Below, in pieces: positions 27,630 to 41,684 of a DNA stretch of 64,000 nucleotides. The notes beneath the pieces were generated by a model. It was not told where the DNA came from, did no database searches, and worked only from the letters and a program-made list of their open reading frames with translations. The position numbers and the translations under genes were made by a program. The first letter of the stretch is position 1. The number at the start of each line of letters is the position of its first letter. Origin of the DNA: Adineta vaga (Eukaryota; Animalia; Rotifera); contig CP075497.1 of the NCBI GenBank assembly GCA_021613535.1, positions 6,324,001 to 6,388,000 on the forward strand. The letters are read 5' to 3'.

Positions 27630-28872
27630 TCACAGGTCTAAATCCTCATCTTCATCTTCATCAATATCATCCTCTTTATCATATGAATAGTGAATGGTAC
27701 AACCATCATCTGATGTTTGCATACTAAAGAAAAATTCAAGAAAGAAAAGTGTTGACTTTTTCGCTCTGTACAAATTCAATTAAATCTTACTGTTGTTTCG
27801 TATACGGTAGAACGAGATTATTTTTTGCAGTAACTTCATCATCTTTCAGACGAAGATTAAAGGTTAAGTTAGCAGTAACATCAGTCTAAAATTCAATGAT
27901 AATTATGATTCTTAAGTTCACTAATTCTCAACAGTTACTTTTCCAGATCCATCAGTATTAGCACCAGATTTTACTTTTCGATTATTCATTTTTTCTTCAT
28001 GTAGATTAATAATGTTCAATTGTGAATCAATTGAAAATGTTAATGACTAATAAAACATAAGAATAGTCTTGAGAAAATGATTCTGAATATAGAACAAACC
28101 GTTTTTATTGTATTGACATTTGTTCGTGATCGTTGTTCAATTTTAGCTTCGATTGATTCAGATTTCGAAAGATTTTTCACTCGAACAGTTATATATGAAA
28201 GCGAAATGAGATTTTGAAGACTGGCACTTTCTTCAAAACAATCAGCTGCTACCACGATCATAATCACACTTGATTCTAATAAAAAATTCAAACTTTTATT
28301 TATTAATATTTTCGGATACTTTCAAATCTTACTACTCCAATTATATAATAGACGAAATAGATTTCCTTCTGATGTTCGTAATAATAACCAAGGAAGGGAT
28401 TCAATCAGAATCAGATCTTTTTCATCGGTTATTTTCAAACATTCATCAATAGTTTTCTTGGAATGAATCTCATCAAATATATCGACAACATTTATTCTAA
28501 ATTCAAAACGAAGATAATCAAATTCTATAAGAATAATAAAGAGACTTACTTCGATTGCAATTCTGGGCGATGCGCTAACACATGTGATTGAAACCAATTG
28601 GATTCATCATGTTCTGTTAGGAAAACATTGACATTTGAAAATCTAAATCCAATTACAGTGATAGAATTCGTAAAAATAAAACAGAAATCGTTACTTGTTT
28701 ATAGTCTCACATGCATAAGCACAAGCAAATTGAAATCCAATTGATGAATTTGATGGATTTTCGTCTAGAAAAGAGTATGGTAAAGATATCGATAGTTAAA
28801 TTTTTCTAATAGCATACCGATAATTAATATCAACGAAGGTTTCAATTGATTATTCAAACGAGATGAGAGCAT
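27630..28872 (-). CDS. ELP5: Elongator complex subunit 5
   Basis: C-terminal DVTANLTLNLRLKDDEVTAKNNLVLPY...IHYSYDKEDDIDEDEDEDLDL matches the ELP5 tail pattern; internal LILIESLPWLLL; ATG at 28872 (MLSSRLNN). Confidence 0.82.
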
Positions 28873-29185
28873 AGGTTATTTTGGAATGAAAACGATAAGT
28901 AAAAGAAGAATCTTTCGTGAGATAATTGCTATTCGTTATTCAATAGACCAATCAGATATCGAATAAAGCCTCTCTCTATCTTTTCCAATGAATAGATACT
29001 CAATTCGATCATTCGCTATTTACAAAGCAAAGAACAGAAAGAAAGATTTAGAAAGTGCATGTATGTTTGTTTATGCTTGCTACTTTTTATATTATAAGAA
29101 CGCCTATCGATGATTGTTTCTTTTATTTTGATTAATAGATTATATTGAAAAAAAACATTCGTTGTAGAAAAACAATATTTTCAAA
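28873..29185. promoter_or_regulatory. Putative bidirectional promoter between ELP5 (-) and the zinc-finger gene (+)
   Basis: Head-to-head ATGs about 313 bp apart; positional inference only. Confidence 0.45.
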
Positions 29186-32100
29186 ATGACAAATCGAGGA
29201 AAATTTTCAAATAATCGACGTGAAAATAGAAATTTTAATCGTACGAAAAAGAAGTGAGATTTTATGCCATATATATCTCAGTCATTTGATTGTTTTTTAT
29301 TCTCAATTTTTAGAGCACCTGTAGAAGATGATAGTTTGTCGATTATTTGTTTCAAAGATTCGGATGTAAATAAAAAATTTTGATCTATTCGGAAAGACGG
29401 TGTAGAAAAAAAAACTTGTTCGATTATTTAGACAGGTCATGTTGGTACTGTTCGTATTCGTCAACAAATTTTTTGTACATTATGCAATGTCATGCGTGGA
29501 ACATTATCCTTGTATTTCAAACATGTCATGGATGATCATCATCATGCACAAGTGAAGAAATTATGCGATGAAAAATGTTTCATGCCAAATGTGTATGATC
29601 AAGCTGTTCATTTAGGTTTTCATAAGAATGTAAGTTAATCATGTGTAAAAGAAAATATTTATCGCATTTGATCGATGACCTTGGTTATAAGATGAAAATA
29701 GACAGCTGTATCTTCTATGAGACATAAATGATCTATTTATCATCTAAGTCTATATATGGATTCTTGTTAATGACGGATATGTTTTTTTCTTATTTAGATC
29801 TGTTATCAAACTGATAAATTTCACTTTCGTTACAAATATGTTACGGAAGAAGTTGATTCAACAGCGAAAGAAATAAAATCTTCAATTAATGAAAATGGTA
29901 GTGAATTGAAAAAAATGGAAGTTAATACGAATACATCAAAACAAAAGTATATTCAAGTAACCCTTGTCTTTCAAGATAAAACTTATTCCAGAACTGGTAC
30001 TATTCTTGCACAAATTCGGGAACAACTTCTGAAAGATATGCTTGATGATCATGCTGTTGATGTCGCAGCAATACCTATTCAATTCTATTATTCCAAGAGT
30101 AAGAATGCGTAAAAGTTCAATATCGATGTTTTTTTTTTTCTCTTATAAAATTAAGAATTATAGTTCGTTTATATCGATTTGAATTTTACACCGAGAATGA
30201 TATTTTGAGTGTATCACTAGACGAAGTTATGTTTGTTCCGTGTATATATATTTAATTTTGTAGAAAAATCTACGTACGATCACATTTATGACAATAATCC
30301 AAATAGTTCCGTTAATTTAACTACGGCCGAAGAACAGTCACAGGTCATGCGTCAGCAGCAACAAGAACCGTTGAAAAACGGTCAAAAGTCTTCTGCTGAA
30401 TGCAGCGGAAAAGACGACGATGTGACACAGACTACTGTTATGACCACACATGAGATATCGACGGCAAAAATAGATGATCTTAATGACCAGCCGTCATGTG
30501 ATGATGACGTTATGAATGTTTGCAAGGTAATTATACGAAAATTTCATTTTCGAATTAGAAGCATGTAAATAGATAAATATACAGAGAAGAGATTTACATA
30601 GAAAGAATATTAATCTTAATCCTATTTATTTATTCATTTCAATTCAAACGAATTCTTGCGTATTTTAATGAATATTTTATTCCGAAAATGATGCTATTCT
30701 TTAGGATGTATTAAATAAAATTCTTGTTGATGTGTATTCTAAAAGTGAAGAATACAAACGTGAACGAGAATTTCTATTTGCAATTGCTCGACGAAGATGC
30801 AAGAAGAGAAAAGCATTCTTTTGTGATATATGCTCTGTCTTTCTGATAGCAGGAGACACATGTACTACGGTATGTATTCAATAGTTTCAATGTATAAGTT
30901 TTTTTTCGAATTGTTTTTCTTTTTAGCATCAAAATGGAGAAACACATTTAGAGAAACTCCGGCATTATCAAACCGAGTTTTTACCATGGCGTCGAGCAAT
31001 GCAAGAAGTGGGTTTTTCTTTTTCGTCACTGAATTTCGATAACACTTTCCGTTCTAGTCTTTAATGACTGGTAAATCTATGAAAGAAATTATGGGTCCTT
31101 CTGCATATGATAACTATAAATCGACTATGGCACTTTATCTCGCACCAGATAGTATACACAATCATGGACGTTTTTGTTGTGCTTATTGTGAACAAGCTTT
31201 TCCCGATCAATGGTTATTAGAACAGGTAGATTACATCTTCTTATTTTGCATAGGAAAGAAACACAAAAAAATTTCTTTTAGCATTTACATACAGTTGAAC
31301 ATCAAACGAAACAAACATCAACAGATCATAAAGAACTTGTTCCTGTATGTATTTCAATCATTGTATCGTTTACAATGTTTTTTTGCTTTACTTTTCTTTA
31401 GCATTTTGCTGATATGATCATTCTTCCAAGTATATATCGATTAAACGGTGTGAACGATCTTGTTGAAGTTCCTGATGATATTAAAAAAGAAGAATCATGG
31501 TCAAGTGCAACGCGAAAACAACTTGATGCAGATACGAATATATTTCTTCAAAACTATCCTCTTGGTCAATTTGAGGGTGTAACACATATTACAAATGCTA
31601 AAACGTCACGAAGACATGGAACAGCACCTACTTCAATGGTACCCACACAAAAACCTTGGAATAAAAATGCTCCACCAAGAAATCAACAGAACAAACGTGG
31701 AGGATTTACTAGAACAGAACGAAGACAATTTCAGCCAACAACTTCACAACGAGGTAGTTTTTCAATTGATTTTATTCATATATAAATGTCAATGATTTTG
31801 ATGATGTTTTTTTTCTAGGAAAAGGAGCCAAGCGATCTTTTCCAGTAACACCTGTGCCAAATAAACGATTTCGCCAAGATTTGAATAACTCATTTCCAGG
31901 AGCAAATCGTAACACAGGATCAATGAGAAACTACGAAATGAATGAATACAATTACGTTCAACCCGTACATTCTAATAATGGAAACGATCGATGGCCATCG
32001 ATTTATCCTAGTAATCAACAACAACAGCCGCAACAAAGACAAGGATATTTTCAACAGCGAAATTTTGATACAAGACCATATCCACCAAATAACAATAATG

Positions 32101-33079
32101 GCTTTTATGATAATCGAGCTCCACAATATATGTCAGGTGCAAACAATTATGACAACGACAGACAATTACGATATAATAGCGATAATGGTTCAGGATATGG
32201 TAATCAACAATCAAATTATAATGCATCATTCAATCGTTCTAATACAAATGTAATTTGATCTATACTTTATTCAAGTTAATGAAACTTGTATTTTATTTTA
32301 TCTTTTTTTAGCCGATAAATGAATATCGTTCTGATCCAGCATCATCTGCATTAAATGTTCCATCGAATCATTCTCATCAACGAGCAAGTACAGGTTCGAA
32401 CAATGGATTTATTCCACCCATTATGAATAATTATCAACGTTCTCAACAGCCACAACAAATGACAAGATCTTCGATGGGTCAAGGACAACATTCGAATCCA
32501 AATTCTTTCAATGGTTTTGGTGTTAATAATGGTAATAGTACAAATCCATCATTTTATTCATCTTCAAATAATCAACAACAAAATTCATTGGGAACAAACA
32601 CTCAACCAATACATTCATATGCCGATTATCGAGCATCATCTGTTTTGCCAACTATGAATAGTTCTTCGTCTATGTATACACCAGTACACAATGCAACAAA
32701 TTCAATGGTTTCTCAAAATCGTTCATTCATGAACGATGGTCGCTCCACATTTGGACAAAATCCAACAAATTCTTTTGCTCAACCAAATGGATCGTCATTC
32801 AATACTCAAGCACCAAATTTCAATACATTTGGACAACAGGATCAAATGGAATCAACAAGTCAAGCACCATGGCGCAGTTCATCTAGTGGTATAAATAATG
32901 TCCGTGGTCGAGGCCAAGTTCGTGGTGGTGGTGGCGGTGGTGGTAGTTTCCATTCAACACAAAAACAATCTAATTCAACATTTTCATATCGTAATAATAA
33001 TAATAATAATAGCAATAGTACACTTATGCGAGGACGAGGTACTGGTCGAAATGCTAGAAATTTTGGCAGTCAACGATAA
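29186..33079 (+). CDS. Zinc-finger (C2H2 matrin/U1-like) protein with Q/N/Y/G-rich low-complexity region and RGG tail
   Basis: Spliced fingers CTLC...HVMDDHH, FFCDIC...HQNGETH and FCCAYC...HLHTVEH; long Q/N-rich C-terminal exons ending RGRGQVRGGGGGGG...RGRGTGR. Confidence 0.7.
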
Positions 33080-33354
33080 TGAACGATATTCAAAGTAATC
33101 AAAAGACTTCGATCCGTTTTGTTGATCGTTTTCAATTCTTCTTTTATTGTTACTGTTACTAATATTCTTGTTCATTTTATTATAGTAAAGTACTACGCGT
33201 GTATCTTTTCCAGCTTGTTACATTTCTTAAAATAGCTCTCTTTTTCTCTTTTTTCTTTTCGAAATTTCTGATATGATGTCATTGAAGAACCAAAATATAT
33301 GCTGGAAAATGAGAGAACGTAATTTATTTCATCCTTATAGATTAAGAGAGTCGG

Positions 33355-35314
33355 ATGACGTCACGTTCTTCAGCTACTCAGCGACGTAATAGTGCTGCTG
33401 TTCATCCATATCCAAATCCATCATCGGTTGTCATCGTTCTTGGTGCTCAATGGGGCGATGAAGTATGTTTAATATTTTAACTAATATAGAGATTTCTTTC
33501 AATAAGTAATCTTTTCTAGGGAAAAGGTAAACTGGTCGATCTATTAGCATCTGAAGCCGATATTGTCTGTCGTTGTCAAGTAACTGACATTTTTATTCAA
33601 CATTTTCCTATAAACATCTGCGCAGGGAGGTAATAATGCTGGTCATAGTGTTGTAGTTGATGGAGTTGAATATGATTTTCATATGCTTCCATCTGGTTTT
33701 CATTTACAAAACTGTGTGAATATCATTGGTAAGATTTTAGAATTGAATAGAATGAAATTTCGATAAATATTTTCTAGGTAATGGTTGTGTAGTCAATTTA
33801 CCTGAATTAGTTGAAGAAATTCAAAAAAATGAATCTCGTGGTGTAACAGATTGGTCTCGACGATTATTTATTTCTGACCGAGCGCATTTAGGTAACAATT
33901 AATAATGAATGGTCTAAAGATCTCTTTGATATTCTCATTTTCCATTCTTTCATTGAACATTATTTTTAGTTTTTGATTTTCATAAACAAACAGATGGATT
34001 AATTGAACGAGGACGTGGCACTGGCAGGTGAGTCACTATTTTTCAAAAAAGTATTTCTTTTTATATCTTTTTGATAATAATAATAAACATTCATTAGTCT
34101 TGGAACAACAAAAAAAGGTATTGGACCAACATACTCATCAAAAGTAAGTCAACAATAGTTATACATTGCTATAGAATTTCAACAAATGTCTATTTTAGGC
34201 GACACGTAATGGTATTCGTATGATTGATTTAATGGGTGATTTTTCAATCTTTACCGAAAAGTTCGTGTTCATAAGATTGTTCTCTAATACATCTATCTTT
34301 TTGCATCTATAGATTACGTAATCTTTTTAATTATTATAAATTGACTTTTCCCGATTTGGAAGGTGACGTTGAAAAGACAATTGAACAATTTAAACAACTG
34401 GCTGATTATTTTCGTCCGATGACTATTGACACAGTAGCTTATTTAAATCAAGCGATTATCGATGGTTCAAAAAAGATTCTTGTTGAAGGTGCTAATGCTA
34501 CAATGCTTGATATTGATTTTGGTATGTGTATTAGTCATTTTTTTCCCAATCTAAATCATTGTTTGAATTTAAGGTACATATCCATATGTGACTTCATCGA
34601 ATTGTAGTGTTGGTGGTGCATGTACTGGTCTTGGTTTACCACCGAAACATATTGGAGATATTTACGGCGTTGTGAAAGCTTATACAACACGTGTTGGTGA
34701 TGGAGTATTTCCAACTGAATTGAAAAATGTAAATTGAAATAATTATTGAACTTAAATATGAGATTTCTATAGGAAATTGGTGAACATTTACAAACACGTG
34801 GTCGTGAATGGGGTGTAACGACAGGTCGAAAACGTCGTTGCGGTTGGCTTGATTTAGTTTTATTGAAATATACAAATATGATCAATGGTTTTACCGCTTT
34901 ATGTTTAACTAAACTTGATACACTTGATGAATTATCAGAAATCAAAGTTGCAACAACATATAAACGAAATGGAATAGAATTACCAAGTTTTCCTGGTAAG
35001 AAAACGAATCTTTCTGATCATTTTTATGAAAATTATATTTCATAGCATCGGTGGATACAATGCATGATATTGAGGTTGAATATGTAACGTTTCCTGGTTG
35101 GCGTGGACGATCAACATCAGAATGTCGTACATTTAATTCACTTCCACATAATGCAAGACTTTATGTTCAATTTATTGAGCAATATCTCGGCGTACCTGGT
35201 TCGTTATCTTCGTTCTAGTGATCTAGATTCTTTCAAAACGAACTTGTTTTCTTTCTTGTAGTAAAATGGATTGGTGTTGGTAAAGATCGTATGGCAATGG
35301 TTCGCGTATTTTAA
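33355..35314 (+). CDS. ADSS: Adenylosuccinate synthetase
   Basis: VLGAQWGDE|GKGKLVD, RCQ|[33 protein letters not shown]|[46 protein letters not shown]. Confidence 0.97.
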
Positions 35315-36364
35315 AAATCTCAAAATTTTTCTCACATAATTGATCAATACAACGAACAAAAAACGAGAATAAAACTGATAATCATTTTTTTTTCTGATTT
35401 AAATTTGTGAACCTCATTCTTTTTCTTTTATCACGGATCGACAACATACACTATATTTAGTTATTTACAAATTTCTCGTGATCTGCTGTGTGTTTTTCCT
35501 CTTCTTTCGTCCGTGATATACCATTTGACATTTTTTTTCTTTTCACGATTTCCATAGATACCTTTATACACAAGCCAAGTATATTTTATGAATAAAACGA
35601 CAATTTCAGTTATATATATATATGTATTAACAGGAACCTCTTCTTTCTTTCTTTTTTGGTTAAACGTGTGTGTATTAATACGGGTAAATCAAATTTGATC
35701 AGATGGTAACAAATATTTCGTCGGAAACAGTTTTCAGTAAGTGTGATTGAAATGAAATGAATTCTTAGGTTAACATCGATCAAAACAAAAATCCCAAGAG
35801 GAAAAACTGAAAAATAATCATATTCCATCAGATGACATTTTATCGATAAGACAATCTTTATTTTTCATTCAATGCACTTTAGGAAGGATTATTTCGATGA
35901 TATAAAATAAAATCAATGGCATGTCAATATATCCTTAGAGATAATAATAAATTAAATTTGGTATCATATTTTCTAGTAGAAATGCATTTGTATGATCATT
36001 CGAGATAATTATCAGAATAACTGTTTTATACAAGTACCTAATAGCACTAACAGTTTAGTATTTTACTCTAAGAAACTATCTCTCATTATTGTAATTCTTC
36101 TTCGTTATCTTTGAATTATAATCAACGTTCTTTCAATCACAAAAGGCTAGTATTTTGTGTACGAAATAATTACGTGTTGAAATGGATCATTTGAAGTTTT
36201 CTTTTTCTTTTTTTGACTCTCCTATCGTCTACATGTTGAAGGACATAGAGAAGAAAAGAAAAGGTCTTGTAATCTTCTCCTTTACATTGACAAATGTTGA
36301 ATATTAATGATGTTTGAATCTGAACTACGCACCTAATCATAACCAATCTTCTTATTAAACTAAG

Positions 36365-38938
36365 ATGACACTAGATATTTCACTTCATCCAACTATAGGT
36401 GAGTTGCTAAGAAACTTCAAAAACAGAGCTCGATATAACCATTATATGTTTGTTATCCATGGCTTTGACATATGGATATTTTATGATTATTATCAACATG
36501 AAGATAAAATAGAGTATTATCATTCGTATAATAAAATAGAAGACAGACAGATCGCTTTTTTTATACTTACAACATGTTTCAGGTGCAGTGAAAAGGAATA
36601 TTTTACAGTCATGCAATGTAAAGCACATATGTTTTATCTTGATCTTTAGAATAATCAAGTTATACCTATCGCATCACCATCATCCCTTTCTTCTTCTCTA
36701 GCTGATACAGATTCCATTCATCATCGGCATGTTCATTCTACCACTTCTCAGGATACTAACAAACATCGACGAGCATCCATTGCATCAGTTGTACATCCAG
36801 ATCCACTCGGCGTTGTTCTACCTGTTGATGAAGTCACATTGAAAAGACATCTTGGCTTATTCTCAGGAGTTTGTTTTATCGTTGGCATAATCATCGGTAT
36901 TACGATAGTTTATAGATACATGATGAATGATTGTTTGATGTAGGATCTGGTATTTTTGTATCACCGAAAGGTGTACTGAGAGAAACTCAATCAGTTGGCT
37001 TATGTTTAGTAATATGGATGGCATGTGGATTAGTATCGTTACTTGGTATATTGCATATTAGGAATAATATTGAACATAAACTATAATATTGTGTTTAGGA
37101 GCACTTTGCTATGCAGAAATTGGTACAGTGATTCCAAGAAATGGTGCTGAAGTAGCCTATATGAAAGAAGGTATATTTGAAAGATGAAACTCAATTTGTT
37201 TTTCTTTATTTGGGTGAGATATTACTTTTAAAGTTCCATGCATTTATCTATAGGTATTGGTTCACTTCATGCACGAACAGGTGATATTCTAGCTTACTTA
37301 TTTAGTTGGACAAATACCTTTATTCTCAAACCATCAAGTATTGCTGTTCTTACTCTAACTTTTTCTCAATATTTCTTATCTGGTATTATGGATGGTAAAT
37401 GAATATCGACATTTGATCACTCTCGATGTAAAATCATATATATATATTTAGATTGTGGACCACCTGAAGAACTTGTTAAAATGATGGCAATCTTTGCTCT
37501 TTGTATGCTTAATCTTTCTTATGTTTAGAAATATTTCAACAATATCTCTCTATAGTAATGTTGATTAATATTAATTCACTCAGTGTATCTGCAGCAAATC
37601 GTTTGAATATCGTCTTTGTTATTTGTAAAGTATTAACTATTATGACAGTAATTATTGCTGGTCTCGTGAGAATTGGACAAGGTTTATTCCTTTTATTACA
37701 ATATAATCCAATTAAAATTATTTGAATTTTTGCATAGGGCATACGCAAAACTTACAGAATGGTTTTGCTGGTAAGATCAATCTATTTTAAATCATAGAGG
37801 AACATTGAGAGTATGTTTTCCGTGACAACAGGTACAACAAATAAACCATTCGGTGTTGCACTTGCATTTTATTCTGGTCTTTGGGCGTATGATGGTTGGA
37901 ATAGTCTCAATTCAGTTACAGAAGAATTAAAAAATCCTAAAAGGTATGATATTCATGAAAAATAATTAAGCAGGATTCGATTTATCTTTCATATAGGAAT
38001 CTTTGGTTATCAATCGTACTAGCTTTACCTTTTGTTATGATTTTTTATTTATTGACGAATATTTCATATTTTACTGTCATGAACAAAGCAGCATTGCTTA
38101 GTTCAAATGCTGTTGCTGTAGTATGTAGCAGATATTCTATCATATTTCATATCTTACAGTATATATATATATATAGACATGGGGAGAAGTAGCACTTGGT
38201 CCTGCTGTTCGTGCATTACCAATTTTCATTTCCATCAGCGCATTAGGTAGTGCTAATGGAAGTTTATTTGGAGCGGCTCGATATTGCATGGTTAGTGCTC
38301 AATATGGATATTTACCACAAGTTTTTGCATGTATTCATACAAAAAGATTAACTCCAATACCTGGAGTTGTTCTTCAGGTTCGATCTTTATTCAATATTGA
38401 ATTCATAGTAATCGTATGTTTTTCTAATTAGGGTTTAATTGCTATCGCTTTCTGTCTTCCAAGTAATGTTGATAGTTTAATCGACCTTTTCAGTTTTGCA
38501 GCATGGATTTTCTATGGATTAACATTTACTGCGACACTTTGTTGCAAATTTACAATGAAAAATGCTGACCGAGTGATAAGTGTACAGCTTAATCTATTCT
38601 TGATTCCAGAAACAGATTGAATAAGTATTTTATTTTTCATTTAGGTTCCTCTTCCACTAATTGTAATTATTATTTTAATCTCCATTTATTTGGTTATTGC
38701 ACCATTGATTGCATCTCCAAATATTGGATTTCTTGTTGCAGGAGTTCTGATTCTATCCGGATTATTATTTTATTATCCATTTGTTTATCGTAAAATAGAA
38801 TTGAATATTATCAGTAAGAGAAAATGTATTTTTAATTATTAATATGTATATTCTATTTTATTCATTTATTCGTTAGAAAAAATCAACGCTTTTCTCATCA
38901 AATTCTTTGGATTACAACAAGCACAAGTGAAAATCTAA
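36365..38938 (+). CDS. SLC7 L-type amino acid transporter light chain, copy A (b0,+AT-like TM6)
   Basis: [36 protein letters not shown]2 Cys (DCGPP), [38 protein letters not shown]. Confidence 0.93.
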
Positions 38939-39310
38939 TCATCTTATCGAATATTTTCGTATAGTGATTCACAGACAATTGATATTCTGTTTTTCTTTTA
39001 ACATTATTTTCTATTCTCTTGTTCATCAATAAAAAAGTTATTGAATTTTCGAAAATATTATATATAGTAACTATCAGAGAACGATATCTACTATGATACA
39101 GATTATAAATTAAGTAAACTTTTATCTTGTCAGAAATTAAAGATCACCACTATTGATTGGATTGCAATGCAATCATACAATTCAAATCTAAAGATATGAA
39201 TGCGAAAAGGTCTTCTATTTTCTTTTTCTATTACAATAAATGTTATACAACGATTATACCATAGTGCAAATAAAGTTTGAGATCATTCTGGGTAACCTTT
39301 TCAGATTGAT

Positions 39311-41625
39311 ATGAATTTAAATAATTCAACAACACAGATTGTGGGTGAGTTTTTAATAAATTTTCACAGAAATAGACCAATATAATGATTATCCCTTTTT
39401 TCTTCTCTAGCTGATACAGATTCCATTCATCATCGGCATGTTCATTCTACCACTTCTCAGGATACTAACAAACATCGACGAGCATCCATTGCATCAGTTG
39501 TACATCCAGATCCACTCGGCGTTGTTCTACCTGCTGATGAAGTCACATTGAAAAGACATCTTGGCTTATTCTCAGGAGTTTGTTTTATCGTTGGAATAAT
39601 CATCGGTATTAAGATAGCTTGTAGATACGTGATGAATGATTGTTTGATGTAGGATCTGGTATTTTTGTATCACCGAAAGGTGTACTGAGAGAAACTCAAT
39701 CAGTAGGCCTGTGCTTGATTGTTTGGGCTGCAAGTGGAATGATTTCGACACTTGGTATGCATCGTTTTATTGCAGATATTTCATACACAGAACAATTCTG
39801 TATTCTAGCGGCCCTTTGTTTTGCTGAAATTGGTACAGTAATTCCAAGAAATGGTGCAGAAATTGCTTATATGAAAGAAGGTATCATAAAAAAATCAGTT
39901 TCAATTACTTGGCTATAATTTTCTTCTATTATCTTAGGTATTGGTTCGGTACATGAAAGAACAGGTGATATATTGGCATATCTATTCGTATGGGCAAGTA
40001 CATTTATTATTAAACCATCTACTGTAGCTGTTCTTGCACTTATTTTTTCTCAATATTTTTTATCGGGCATTATGAATGGTAACTTTTTATCGATATAAAA
40101 GTATGTCAACTATGACTATATGTATCTTTAGATTGTGGACCAACCGAAGAGCTAGTTAAACTATTGGCAGTTTTAATCATTTGTACACTTTTACTTCAAC
40201 TAAACTAACAATTTTCATATGATCTCTTTTTTAGTAATACTAGTTAATATCAATTCAATCAGTGTATCTATAGCAAATCATCTAAATATTATTTTTGTCA
40301 TCTGTAAAGTTTTAACTATTTTAACAATTGTAATTGCTGGTTTTATACGAATCGGACAAGGTTTGTTCTTCTTCTTCTTACTAAAGAAAATGCGAATTTT
40401 ATTTTTTCTTAGGACATACACAAAACTTGAAGGGTGGTTTCATCGGTACGATATTATCAGTTTCGATATGTCAAGAAAAATCATTTTCTTTCGGTTAGAA
40501 TAGGTACCACAAATAAACCGGCAGGTGTTGCACTTGCATTTTATAAAGGACTGTTTGCTTATGGTGGATGGCATGCTTTGAATTCAATTACAGAAGAATT
40601 GAAAAACCCGAAAAGGTGTGTATCTATATATATATATATAATTTCATTGCCAGAAATATATAATTCAAAATGGAACTATTTTTCAGAAATCTTTGGTTAG
40701 CTATTTCATTAGCTTTACCATCGGTCACTTTACTCTATGTTTTTATCAATATTTCATATTTTACAGTAATGAGTAAATCAGAATTACTTAGTTCAAATGC
40801 TGTTGCCGTAGTATGTAGCTGATGTTCTATCATATTTTATATCTTACAGTATATATATAGACATGGGGAGAAACAGTGCTTGGTCCTGCTGTTCGTGCGT
40901 TACCAATTTTGATTGCAATAAGTGCATTGGGCAGTGCTAATGGGTGTCTTTTTGAAGCTGCTCGATATTGTATGGTTGGTGCTCAATATGGATATTTACC
41001 AGAAATATTTGCTTGTATTCATACTCAACGGTTAACACCAATACCTGGCGTTATTCTCCAGGTTTATTTGATCTATTGATTGCAAAATCGTGATGATATT
41101 GAACTTTGATTTGTTTTAGGGTTTAGTTGCACTTGCTTTTTGCATTCCAAGTAGTATTTATGCATTAATTGATTTTTTCAGTTTTGTTTGTTGGATCTTT
41201 TATGGATTAGCATTTGTTGCTACACTTTGCTGTAAATTTACGAAAAAAGAGGCAATACGAACGATTAATGTAAGTAATACTTTCATCGATGAAAAGAAAA
41301 CAAAAGTAACTGTATGAGAACACGGTCATTTAGGTTCCAATTCCATTGATTATCATTATGATTTTAATTTCTATCTATTTGATCATTGTTCCAGTCATTT
41401 CATCTCCAAATATTGGATTCCTTGTTGCGGGACTTACTATTCTCTTTGGTTTAGTCTTCTATTATCCATTTGTTTATCGTCGAATCGAACTACGATTTAT
41501 CAGTAATAGTTGTGCTTTTTTCCCTCTATTGTATAGTTCTACAAATCAATATTTTTATTTTAGGCGAAATTAATTCATTTTTGCAAGTATTTTTCAAACT
41601 ACAACGAGCACAAATTAACATCTAA
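39311..41625 (+). CDS. SLC7 L-type amino acid transporter light chain, tandem copy B (LAT1-like TM6)
   Basis: Same exon structure as copy A; [42 protein letters not shown]. Confidence 0.93.
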
Positions 41626-41684
41626 TACATATATAGCTTTCTAGTTCATTTCCATAGGAATAAACTTCAAATCTTGTTTCTCTA

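Noticed and set aside
36399-36701. ORFs 36365-36649 (+) and 36407-36658 (-) as separate genes
   Set aside because: They run through intron 1 of SLC7 copy A (GTGAGT donor after [11 protein letters not shown]).
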